From an uncultured Thermoproteales archaeon (GTDB taxonomy: Archaea; Thermoproteota; Thermoprotei; Thermofilales; B20-G17): a stretch of DNA of 64,000 bases. A model generated the notes under the pieces. The model did not search any database. It was not told the origin of the DNA and saw only the letters and a list, made by a program, of their open reading frames with translations. The stretch spans positions 54,772 through 118,771 of the forward strand of contig CBDUMD010000002.1 of assembly GCA_965368245.1 (NCBI GenBank), given 5' to 3'. Position 1 is the stretch's first letter; the number at the start of each line of letters is the position of its first letter. The translations under genes were made by a program, and so were the position numbers. Shown here one piece after another: positions 56,290-64,000 of this stretch.

Positions 56290-58254
56290 GTGGAAAATTC
56301 CAGAGAGAATACCGTTTGCGCGAAATGTAACGTTGATAAAAATAATGTACAGAGCGACAGAAACCATCGAAAAACAGGTGATCATGAACACGGAGAGGAA
56401 GAAGCTGAGGAATCAGTGGAATTATATCGTATATTGTCTTCCACAGGCTTTTACATAGTAGGGCTTTTTCTCAAATTCGTCCTGGGAATAGATAACATAG
56501 CAGTAGTAGGGTTGTTTATCCTAGCTTACATACTTGTTGGCCTTAATGTTTTAAAGTTGGCTGCAAGAGGTATACTGGGAAGGAAGCCTCTTAACGAAAA
56601 CTTTCTGCTAACAGTAGCTACTTTAGGAGCTTTTGCCATAAAAGAGTACCCTGAAGCCGCAGGCGTTATGCTATTTTTCCGAATAGGGGAGTATCTTCAA
56701 GATTTAGCTCTCAATAGATCCCGTAGATCCATTAGAGCTCTTTTAAGCCTTAAAGCCGAATACGCTAACCTAAAAGTAGGTGACAAGATCCTCAAGGTTA
56801 AACCCGAGGATGTTAAGGTGGGAGATACAATAATTGTTCGTCCAGGCGAAAAAATCCCGTTGGACGGGAAGGTCATTAAAGGTAGTTCGGCTGTAGATAC
56901 CTCTGCTTTAACAGGAGAATCTGCTCCGAGAAGCGTCGAGCCAGGAGATGAAGTATTATCGGGTATGATTAATCTTAGCGGTCTTCTTGAAGTTAAAGTT
57001 ACTAGGAGATTTAGTGAATCTACGATAGCTAAAATATTGGATTTAGTCGAAAAGGCTAGCGCTAGGAAGGCTAGAGCAGAGAAGTTTATAACAAAGTTTA
57101 CACGATACTATACTCCTGCAGTGGTTACACTAGCTGCCATCGTAGCCTTTCTACCTCCTCTCGTTATAGGAGACTCCATAGATATATGGGTTTATAGGGC
57201 TCTTGTACTACTTGTCATATCGTGCCCCTGCGCATTAGTTTTATCCATCCCGCTAGGCTATTTCGGCGGTATAGGTAGATCCGCTAAGGAAGGAATACTA
57301 GTTAAAGGCTCAAACTTCCTCGATTTATTGACAAAACTGGAGGTTGTTGCCTTTGATAAGACTGGTACCCTTACAAAAGGTGTCTTCAAGGTGTCGGAAA
57401 TTGTTCCTAGAAATGGGTTTAGTAGGGATGAAGTGTTAAGATTCGCCGCTCTGGCGGAAGTACATTCTAATCATCCAATAGCTCAGGCGATAAAGGAGGC
57501 TTATCCAAATAATGTCAACAGTAATCAGATAGAGGGGTATGAGGAGATAGCAGGACATGGCGTCAAGGCCAAAATAGGAGGGATCTCAGTTATGGTGGGC
57601 AATGACAGGCTACTGCATAAAGAGGGGGTGAAACACGATATATGTGATATACCTGGAGGCACGGTGGTTCACGTAGTAGTGGACAAAATCTATGCTGGCT
57701 ATATTATAATCTCGGATGAAATCAAGAAGGAGGCTTTCACCGCAATTGAAGAGCTTAGAAGACTGGGGGTTCGGAGGATAATAATGCTTACAGGCGATAG
57801 TAGGCATGTGGCTAGAGCTGTAGCAGATAAGTTGCAACTTGACGAATACTATGCTGAACTACTTCCTGAGGACAAGGTCAAAGTGATAGAGAAAATACGT
57901 AGCTTCAGGGATGACGGGGGAGCTGTAGCTTTTGTAGGTGATGGTGTAAACGATGCACCGGTAATAGCGAGAGCGGACGTCGGGGTGGCCATGGGTGCTC
58001 TAGGAAGCGATGCTGCCATCGAAATAGCCGATTTGGTTATAATGGATGACAAACTTGTTAAAATCCCTATGGCGGTGAAAATAGCTAAAAAGACTAGAAA
58101 AATAGTTTTCCAGAATATAATACTAGCATTACTAGTGAAATTCTTCTTTTTGGGTCTAGGGATAGTAGGCGAAGCAACAATGTGGCAGGCTTTATTTGCA
58201 GACGTAGGGGTAGCCCTGATGACGACTTTAAATGCTATGAGAATACTAAAATAA
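56290..58254 (+). CDS. P1B-type heavy-metal ATPase (Zn/Cd/Pb-type, ZntA/CadA-like)
   Basis: His/Glu-rich N-terminus, TGES, the TM6 motif SCPCALVLS, DKTGTLT, GDGVNDAP, and the final helix FADVGVALMTTLNAMRIL, which resembles the ZntA ADTG...NALRLL. Confidence 0.9.
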   Translation: MENSRENTVCAKCNVDKNNVQSDRNHRKTGDHEHGEEEAEESVELYRILSSTGFYIVGLFLKFVLGIDNIAVVGLFILAYILVGLNVLKLAARGILGRKPLNENFLLTVATLGAFAIKEYPEAAGVMLFFRIGEYLQDLALNRSRRSIRALLSLKAEYANLKVGDKILKVKPEDVKVGDTIIVRPGEKIPLDGKVIKGSSAVDTSALTGESAPRSVEPGDEVLSGMINLSGLLEVKVTRRFSESTIAKILDLVEKASARKARAEKFITKFTRYYTPAVVTLAAIVAFLPPLVIGDSIDIWVYRALVLLVISCPCALVLSIPLGYFGGIGRSAKEGILVKGSNFLDLLTKLEVVAFDKTGTLTKGVFKVSEIVPRNGFSRDEVLRFAALAEVHSNHPIAQAIKEAYPNNVNSNQIEGYEEIAGHGVKAKIGGISVMVGNDRLLHKEGVKHDICDIPGGTVVHVVVDKIYAGYIIISDEIKKEAFTAIEELRRLGVRRIIMLTGDSRHVARAVADKLQLDEYYAELLPEDKVKVIEKIRSFRDDGGAVAFVGDGVNDAPVIARADVGVAMGALGSDAAIEIADLVIMDDKLVKIPMAVKIAKKTRKIVFQNIILALLVKFFFLGLGIVGEATMWQALFADVGVALMTTLNAMRILK

Positions 58255-58526
58255 AAATCTTCCATATAAAATAGTGAACCTCTTAATTTTCTCCTCCTTT
58301 AAGTAATAGGTTGATGCTTTCTTTAATTCTCTTTATATTGATTTCTTTCGGTTGCCCACGAAACGATCTACACTTTAATGCTTTAGGTGCAAAACCATAT
58401 GGTACAAGTAGTTGCCTTTCATCATAGGAGAAACCCACTTCAGTTTAAGTATGCTCGCCACTATTTTTCTGCCTTCACATTAAATTCTGCTTCAGGGTAG
58501 GACAGCTCGTATGCTGCGGTAAGCCG

Positions 58527-58732
58527 ATGGAGCTACTTACAGAAAAAACGGAGGATGTGGGCTTGGAAAAACATGTCCCGGTAATAGAGAAAACGGACAC
58601 CGGAGTAAAAGTGAAAGTTGGCTCAGTACCCATCCTATGGTGGAAAACCACTACATTGAATGGATTGAAATAATTACTGATAATAAGATTTACAGGAAGT
58701 TTTTAAAGCCGGGAGAAAACCCCAGCATGTAG
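58527..58732 (+). pseudogene. superoxide reductase (neelaredoxin-type), frameshifted and 3'-truncated
   Basis: The ORF reads [35 protein letters not shown] in frame 3, then [33 protein letters not shown] in frame 2. Restoring one C in the run at 58629-58631 gives [17 protein letters not shown], the conserved His-ligand region. The Cys-ligand region (CN.HGLW) is absent. Confidence 0.7.
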
Positions 58733-58757
58733 AACTTCAACTATGTTTCCACAGACG

Positions 58758-58964
58758 TTACAAAATGACGCTAGAAAGCCCCTGCTTTGGTGGGGGGATG
58801 TATGGCGTTGATGGGGTTAAATAGAGGAGTGTCAAGCAGTATTTTCGGGGGATGGGCACCCTTCGTAATGGAGGCATGTCCATCGGGCTGGTGGCACAGC
58901 CCTTGCTTCGATGAATCCCCCACGAGAAGCAAGAATCCCCCCCTTTAGCGGGGAGAGTGTCAAA
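58758..58964 (-). repeat. long copy of the repeat element (inverted relative to 54849-54899)
   Basis: The ends match the short copy. The internal ~139 nt (58798-58936) are GC-rich and bounded by the imperfect direct repeats cccctgctttggtgggggg (58779-58797) and ccccccctttagcgggg (58937-58953). Confidence 0.7.
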
Positions 58965-59009
58965 TTTATAGACCTGTTTTAGTTCCGTTATATTCCCACA
59001 CTATTGGGT

Positions 59010-59609
59010 TTAATATTCTTCGCATTTAACTTGGAAAAAGCTTCTTGGATGGCCGCAGGAAGGACATTTTTCTGGTGGTTCTGTTCCAAAGTGTATGTAA
59101 CCGCATTCTCTACACACCCACCAAACTGCCTTTTCCTTTTTGAAGACTGTTCCAGCCTCAACTTCCTTCAGTAGTTTCCTATATCTTTCTTCGTGATGTT
59201 TCTCTGCTACGGCAATAGCTCTTAGTCTTGCTGCAATATCCGGTAATCCTTCTTTTTCAGCTATATCGGCAAATTCAGGGTACATTTTCGTGTGTTCGTA
59301 ATTTTCCCCGGCAATCGCGGCTTTTAAATTCTCTATAGTATTGCCGAGAACAGTGGGGGCAGCTATTTCTACCTTGATTTCATCTAGGTTTTCACCACTC
59401 TTTTTCTTCAGTTCATTGATCAACTTGAATAGCGTCTCTGCATGTTCCTTCTCGTTATCGGCTGTTATAAGAAAAATCTCTGCAATCTGCTCAAACCCTT
59501 CTTTCCGAGCGACTTTTGCATAAAATGTATAACGGTTTCTCGCCTGGCTTTCCCCGACAAACGCCTTTACTAGATTCTCGATTGTTTTTCTCGTAATATC
59601 ACCTTTAAT
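59010..59609 (-). CDS. rubrerythrin (ferritin-like di-iron domain plus C-terminal rubredoxin-like domain), no canonical start codon
   Basis: The open frame reads [63 protein letters not shown]... ...EKHHEERY...CRECGY...CPSCGH. The ORF track starts only at the TTG at 59423. Between the upstream TAA and that TTG there is no ATG, GTG or TTG in frame. Confidence 0.8.
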   Translation of the reverse strand: MKGDITRKTIENLVKAFVGESQARNRYTFYAKVARKEGFEQIAEIFLITADNEKEHAETLFKLINELKKKSGENLDEIKVEIAAPTVLGNTIENLKAAIAGENYEHTKMYPEFADIAEKEGLPDIAARLRAIAVAEKHHEERYRKLLKEVEAGTVFKKEKAVWWVCRECGYIHFGTEPPEKCPSCGHPRSFFQVKCEEY

Positions 59610-59768
59610 TTATAGAGAAGAATCTAAGCTTATAAAACTTTGCTTAAGTTGAAAACATCGACGAAAATAAGTTAAGCTTGAACTCCTAGTAAATTTCAAG
59701 GGTTGAGGCGTGTTGTCTTGGTACATAAAATTAATTTATAGTTAATGTAAAAATACTTTTGACCGTCT

Positions 59769-60062
59769 ATGGGAGAGGAATACGAGGTTCTAGAAAGGGG
59801 GAACAGGCTCTTAATAAGGCTTGCACCAGGAAGATTCGCGTTCCTGGAGTATAGGGTTGAAGGAAATTTAATGTACATCGACAAGACATATACTCCTCCA
59901 GAATTTAGAGGTAGAGGTATAGCTGGAAGATTAATGAAAGTTGCTGTTAAAAAAGTTTTAGACCAGGGTTTAAAGATAGTTCCTAACTGCAGCTATGCAA
60001 AACATTACCTTTTGGAAAAACACCCGGAATACTCGGATCTTGTATTTAAAAAATCTAAATGA
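59769..60062 (+). CDS. GNAT-like N-acetyltransferase (YjdJ type)
   Basis: 97 aa. TYTPPEFRGRGIAGRLMKVAVKKVLDQGLKIVPNCSYAKHYL is typical of this short GNAT family. Confidence 0.7.
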   Translation: MGEEYEVLERGNRLLIRLAPGRFAFLEYRVEGNLMYIDKTYTPPEFRGRGIAGRLMKVAVKKVLDQGLKIVPNCSYAKHYLLEKHPEYSDLVFKKSK

Positions 60063-61071
60063 TAATTTCTTCTAGGATGGTTGAGGGAGGAAGCCTACGC
60101 TCGACACCGTAAACTATTGCAACTAGGTTTAAAACCTCACGTTCTTTAAGAAGTATCGCTCCCACTAGTGGTTTTATTGTTAATGTTTTCCCTAGAAATA
60201 ATGTTTCTGCTCTATTATAATGGACTCGCATGAGTTCCTTCTCTAACTTAACTGGTGAAAGTTCCTTGCTAAGGGGGATTTCGCTGTAACCATATGTACG
60301 AAGAATCTTAGCTAGATCTTCAAGGGTAGCTGAGGAAGCTTCAATAAGCTCTTTTAAAGGAATTCCCTTTGGATTTTTGACCAGCAGTTTCTCTATCTCG
60401 TCGAGGCTCAGGCCCAGAAAACTGGAGCGGAGGACAAGCATCAAATTATATTTATCTATTCGAGGAGAGAAGACGTGTAAAATATCACCGCTTTCTTCTT
60501 TTCCCAGCAAGCTAAGGGCTTCTAACAGATTAATGTAGAAATTTTTGTCAAGTAAAAAATCTATTAATTCTGCTCTTTCCTCTTTAACCAGGCTTTCTAA
60601 ATCTAGTTCATACCCAAGTTCCTTTAAAATAAGTGATGCCTCATGTATGCTATCAGATGCAAGTAGTTCAACGAAAAGAGCCCTTTTATCTAAATGTTTC
60701 TCGACATCTAAGTTTATTCTTTCGAGAAATATATCTCTCGGAATGCCTCTTACAAGTGCCTTTAAAAATAGCTTTAGATTATCTATTTCATGGCGGGAAA
60801 ATAGTGCATTCAAGAATTTTCTTCTTTTGCCTTCAACAAAACGGCTGAGTTTAATCTCATCTTCTACTAGGCTATTCCTAAACACTTTTTCTAAGATTAT
60901 TCCAGTCGGCTCCTTTATCACAGCTAATTTCTCATGGTAAGGTGTATTTCGCATCAACTCTGTCATTCTTTGAAGGTTCTCTGCATGCACAAGTCTTCGG
61001 AGAAACATGGGGTCTATAAGTCTTCCTTTAAGAGCAAATGCTTTAGGAACCGCATATAAAATATCTTTCAA
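60055..61071 (-). CDS. atpC: A-type ATP synthase subunit C
   Basis: 338 aa and all-helical, with an N-terminal Y..PKAFALKGRLI...L..T.Y pattern. It lies in the ATP synthase gene cluster. Confidence 0.6.
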   Translation of the reverse strand: MKDILYAVPKAFALKGRLIDPMFLRRLVHAENLQRMTELMRNTPYHEKLAVIKEPTGIILEKVFRNSLVEDEIKLSRFVEGKRRKFLNALFSRHEIDNLKLFLKALVRGIPRDIFLERINLDVEKHLDKRALFVELLASDSIHEASLILKELGYELDLESLVKEERAELIDFLLDKNFYINLLEALSLLGKEESGDILHVFSPRIDKYNLMLVLRSSFLGLSLDEIEKLLVKNPKGIPLKELIEASSATLEDLAKILRTYGYSEIPLSKELSPVKLEKELMRVHYNRAETLFLGKTLTIKPLVGAILLKEREVLNLVAIVYGVERRLPPSTILEEIII

Positions 61072-61076
61072 TAGGA

Positions 61077-61409
61077 TTACACCCTACCTTTAGATACTTG
61101 TGGTATAATTAAACGGAGAACTTCTTCTATGGCTTTCTCTTTATTTTCCTCAGCTTTCTTCTTAAGCTCCTTAATCTTCTTTTCCGTTTTTCTAGCAATT
61201 TCCTTCTTGTACATCTCTATTCTCTCCTGTGATTTCTCCTTCTCCTCCATTATCATCTGATCCGTTATTGTCCTCAATTTTCTTGCTAGGTTTTCGGCAA
61301 AAGTATATGCATACGATAAGAGCTTTCTTCTTTTTTCTTCAATATCCTTATAAAATTCATCTATTGTTTTCTCCAACTTGTTTAATTGCTTTATATATGC
61401 TATGCTCAT
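61077..61409 (-). CDS. coiled-coil protein, probable peripheral-stalk subunit (H/G/E-like) of the A-type ATP synthase
   Basis: 110 aa, Lys/Glu-rich and helical. It sits between the proteolipid and subunit C genes. Confidence 0.4.
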   Translation of the reverse strand: MSIAYIKQLNKLEKTIDEFYKDIEEKRRKLLSYAYTFAENLARKLRTITDQMIMEEKEKSQERIEMYKKEIARKTEKKIKELKKKAEENKEKAIEEVLRLIIPQVSKGRV

Positions 61410-61427
61410 CCGTAAGCATCCCTCATT

Positions 61428-61796
61428 TTAAGCTCCAAGTATGAGGATTACAACTAGTAGTCCGTATATTGCCAACGCCTCTGCAAGTGCTGTTATTATA
61501 AGACCGAAGGTTCTTAATTCAGGGTTCTCGGCAGCAGCGCTTAGAGCACTACTACCAGCCATACCTATACCTATTCCTGCACCTAGAGCGGCTAGGCCGA
61601 AAGCTATAGCCGCTCCCAGTATAGCGATATATTTACCGGAATTCACTGTTTCACTTGTACTGTTTGTATTTACATTTAATGTGTCAGCGTTGAGAGCGTG
61701 TGTTAACAACGTTACACTAATTAGGAACCCTAATATCATAAGCACTGTAGCAAAGATCATGAGTCTTTTTCCATTAAACGTTTTTCTTCCCGTCAT
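61428..61796 (-). CDS. atpK: A-type ATP synthase proteolipid subunit K (c)
   Basis: GAALAFGLAALGAGIGIGMAGS ... the conserved carboxylate in ITALAEALAIYGLLV. The N-terminal extension may be a leader. Confidence 0.85.
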   Translation of the reverse strand: MTGRKTFNGKRLMIFATVLMILGFLISVTLLTHALNADTLNVNTNSTSETVNSGKYIAILGAAIAFGLAALGAGIGIGMAGSSALSAAAENPELRTFGLIITALAEALAIYGLLVVILILGA

Positions 61797-61950
61797 GGCG
61801 TGAATTAATAGGGCTTGTTTTTTTAAACTTTATCGTTATTCTATCTAGTTTTTCCTCAATATAATTTAAATATTCTTTAATCTTAGAGCGGTATTCCATT
61901 ATATATGTCTCAAGCTCACCTTCAGCCCTCTTTTTGATTTCTTCGCTCAT
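61774..61950 (-). CDS. 58-aa helical ORF between atpD and atpK (below the ORF-track length cut-off)
   Basis: The ATG at 61950 immediately follows the atpD stop (TAGATG). It reads MSEEIKKRAEGELETYIMEYRSKIKEYLNYIEEKLDRITIKFKKTSPINSRHDGKKNV* and overlaps atpK by 23 nt. Its position matches the small 'epsilon' gene between gamma and c in the Sulfolobus ATPase operon, as I recall it. Confidence 0.35.
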   Translation of the reverse strand: MSEEIKKRAEGELETYIMEYRSKIKEYLNYIEEKLDRITIKFKKTSPINSRHDGKKNV

Positions 61951-62571
61951 CTACCTCACCTCTCTTTCTTTTCCCTTTTTCTGCATCTTCTTTCTCACAA
62001 ACTCCTCTCTAGCCGTCTCCTCTAGGACTTCTTCAATAAATTTAATGTTCTTTTGGTAGCGTGGAATAATAAGGTATTCGAGTGCATTAATTAACCTTTG
62101 AGTATTTTTAAGTTCTTCTATAAGCCTAAATATAGCTGATTCCAGTTCGCCTAACTTCAATACATGTTCCAACGATCTTTGTAGGTTTTCTATACCCTTA
62201 TCAAGGAGAATGCTGGTACCTTCAATACCATAGGTCGTGGGGGCTTCTTCCTTAATATGAAGGGAGAATGTAGTGAATCCCATTACCAGTTTTCTTGTAA
62301 CCCCTAATCGTAGATGCGAGGGGGTGGCGAAAGCGATTTCCTCTAGTTTCATTTCTCCAACACGCATTCTTGCTATATCGAGACTCCTGTAAGCTTCCCG
62401 TAAGCTTTCTTCAAGGTTTTTTCTAGCTTTTTCTGCAGCATCTATAAGCATGTTTAGTTGGAGAAGTATTATTTCACGCTTGTTCTTCAATATTTTATGT
62501 ACAGATTGAGCTATACTTAACGATTTTTTAAGGCTAAGGAGCCTAACCTTTGTCGGGGCTTCCCTGCTCAA
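61951..62571 (-). CDS. atpD: A-type ATP synthase subunit D
   Basis: [34 protein letters not shown] follows the subunit D N-terminal pattern. The protein is 206 aa. Confidence 0.85.
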   Translation of the reverse strand: MSREAPTKVRLLSLKKSLSIAQSVHKILKNKREIILLQLNMLIDAAEKARKNLEESLREAYRSLDIARMRVGEMKLEEIAFATPSHLRLGVTRKLVMGFTTFSLHIKEEAPTTYGIEGTSILLDKGIENLQRSLEHVLKLGELESAIFRLIEELKNTQRLINALEYLIIPRYQKNIKFIEEVLEETAREEFVRKKMQKKGKEREVR

Positions 62572-63971
62572 ACCTTTTCCCTCTTTGAATATTTCTTAAT
62601 GTATTTATCGTGAACGCGTGTTAGCTCCTCCTCGGGAAGAATCGATAGCACATCCCACGCTATTTCCAGAGTCTCATATATACTACGGTTTTCATATTCT
62701 CCTTGCTTCAGGAATTTCTCTTCAAATGCATCACCAAACTCGAGGTACTTTCTATCTACAGGAGAAAGGCTTGTTTCCCCTACGATTGTTGCCAGTGAAC
62801 GTACCTCCTGCGCCCTAGCATAAGCGGCATAGAGTTGTCTCGAAACATCTGCATGGTCTTCTCTGGTGCGTCCAGGGCCTATACCGTCTTTCATTAGACG
62901 TGAAAGGCTTTTCAGTACGTCGACAGGTGGATAAATTCCTCGGCGATAGAGGTCTCGGCTTAAGACTATTTGTCCTTCAGTTATATAGCCTGTTAGGTCA
63001 GGTATGGGATGGGTCATATCGTCTCCAGGCATCGTTAAAATGGGCATCTGTGTTATACTTCCCTTTTTACCCTTAATTCTCCCAGCTCTTTCATAGATTG
63101 TCGCCAGATCAGTATACATGTAGCCTGGATAACCCTTCCTACTAGGCACTTCTTCTCTAGCTGCACTCAACTCTCGGAGAGCCTCACAATAATTGGTTAT
63201 ATTAGTCAATATAACCAGTACATGCATGTTATGTTCAAAAGCAAGGTATTCAGCCAGGGTTAAAGCAATTCTGGGAGTTAAAATTCTCTCTATAACCGCG
63301 TCTTCCGCTAGATTTAAGAATAGTGTAGAGCGTTTAAAGGCGCCGGTGGATTCAAGTTCCTCCTTAAAGAATATAGCTTCATCATATTTTATGCCTATTG
63401 CCGCTAATATTACAGCGAATTCTTCTTCTTCACCTAATATCCTAGCCTGCCTAGCTATCTGCGCTGCCATTATATTATGCGGTAGGCCAGAACCAGAAAA
63501 AATCGGTAGTTTTTGTCCTCTGACTAGAGTATTCATACCATCTATAACTGATATGCCTGTCTGGATGAAGTCTGTAGGATAGTCCCTCATGTAAGGGTTT
63601 ATCGGCGAGCCGTTTACATCGAGGAAATCTTCTGGCATTGGTGGTGGAAGTCCGTCCAATGGATTTCCTGTACCATCGAAAACTCTACCTAACATTTCTA
63701 TTGAAACAGGCACCTCGAGTGTATGACCCATAGCCTTAACCTTAGTTTCGCTTACAGACAAACCAGAAGTACCTTCAAAGACCTGTACTACCGCATAGTC
63801 CTCCGCCGCCTCAATTATTCTTCCAAGTCTACGCTCATTTTCCGGTCCTATTACTTCGACAAGTTCCTCGTATCCTATATTTCTAGTGTTCTCGATTACT
63901 ACTAAGGGTCCTCGTATCTCCCTTACGGTGGAATACTCCATTAAGCCAAGTTTTTCAGTAGCCATTTTCAC
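62568..63971 (-). CDS. atpB: A-type ATP synthase subunit B
   Basis: 467 aa with the regulatory-subunit degenerate P-loop region ([14 protein letters not shown]), plus [22 protein letters not shown] and ITEGQI. The start is the GTG at 63971 or the ATG at 63965. Confidence 0.95.
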   Translation of the reverse strand: MKMATEKLGLMEYSTVREIRGPLVVIENTRNIGYEELVEVIGPENERRLGRIIEAAEDYAVVQVFEGTSGLSVSETKVKAMGHTLEVPVSIEMLGRVFDGTGNPLDGLPPPMPEDFLDVNGSPINPYMRDYPTDFIQTGISVIDGMNTLVRGQKLPIFSGSGLPHNIMAAQIARQARILGEEEEFAVILAAIGIKYDEAIFFKEELESTGAFKRSTLFLNLAEDAVIERILTPRIALTLAEYLAFEHNMHVLVILTNITNYCEALRELSAAREEVPSRKGYPGYMYTDLATIYERAGRIKGKKGSITQMPILTMPGDDMTHPIPDLTGYITEGQIVLSRDLYRRGIYPPVDVLKSLSRLMKDGIGPGRTREDHADVSRQLYAAYARAQEVRSLATIVGETSLSPVDRKYLEFGDAFEEKFLKQGEYENRSIYETLEIAWDVLSILPEEELTRVHDKYIKKYSKREKV

Positions 63972-64000
63972 CCTCCCTCAGCCACCCTACGTAAGCTACT
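63968..64000 (-). CDS. 3' end of an upstream ORF, probably ATP synthase subunit A (fragment)
   Basis: The open frame ...[10 protein letters not shown] ends at a TGA overlapping the atpB start (GTGA). The assignment rests only on the conserved A-B order. Confidence 0.3.
   Translation of the reverse strand, partial: SSLRRVAEGG

Noticed and set aside
58800-58925. Possible remnant of the SOR C-terminal half (frame reading ...PFVMEACPSGWWHSPC...)
   Set aside because: The resemblance to the C-N-x-H-G-L-W ligand motif is too weak, because spacing and residues differ. I cannot support it without an alignment tool.
58840-58960. Repeated GAATCCCCC strings and hairpins; considered a mini CRISPR array or an H/ACA sRNA
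   Set aside because: There are only two copies with irregular spacing, no repeat-spacer periodicity, and no ACA box immediately 3' of a closing stem. The region is reported only as the internal part of the long repeat element.

Overview
The window looks like a 64-kb chromosomal segment of a hyperthermophilic crenarchaeon, probably Desulfurococcales-like; that taxon call is inference only. Archaeal markers support it: radA, ATP-dependent DNA ligase, r-proteins L34e and L35Ae, archaeal cytidylate kinase, an A-type ATP synthase (A-B-D-small ORF-c-stalk-C), the HMG-CoA synthase/thiolase/DUF35 operon, an initiator tRNA with an A1:U72 pair, and TATA-type promoters with GGTGA-like SD sites. Coding density is high and most genes are housekeeping. 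I saw no rRNA genes, CRISPR arrays, transposases or integrases.

Features beyond routine annotation:
- **radA mosaic.** A 274-bp tract is identical at every base in radA and the RadA paralog immediately downstream. This indicates gene conversion or an assembly collapse.
- **Repeat-bracketed metal module.** An ArsR / P1B-ATPase / AN1-M50 protease module is bracketed by two inverted copies of a short repeat element. The longer copy abuts a frameshifted, truncated superoxide reductase gene. The neighbouring rubrerythrin has no canonical start codon.
- **Surface-protein genes.** A 1590-aa glycoprotein has S-layer-like features. Its C-terminal stalk and anchor module recurs as a stand-alone gene 16 kb away. 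That gene lies next to an orphan, compositionally deviant 408-aa exported protein.
- **Tight operons of unclear function.** One encodes a coiled-coil membrane protein, a MoxR-like ATPase and a VWA protein. Another encodes NFACT, a Mut7-C RNase and AMMECR1 with overlapping reading frames.
- **Small accessory islets.** These hold decayed HEPN and MNT genes, an intact VapBC pair between two tRNA genes with a triple palindromic operator, and an AT-rich gene-fragment islet.

All functional calls come from motifs read by eye. No database search was run.
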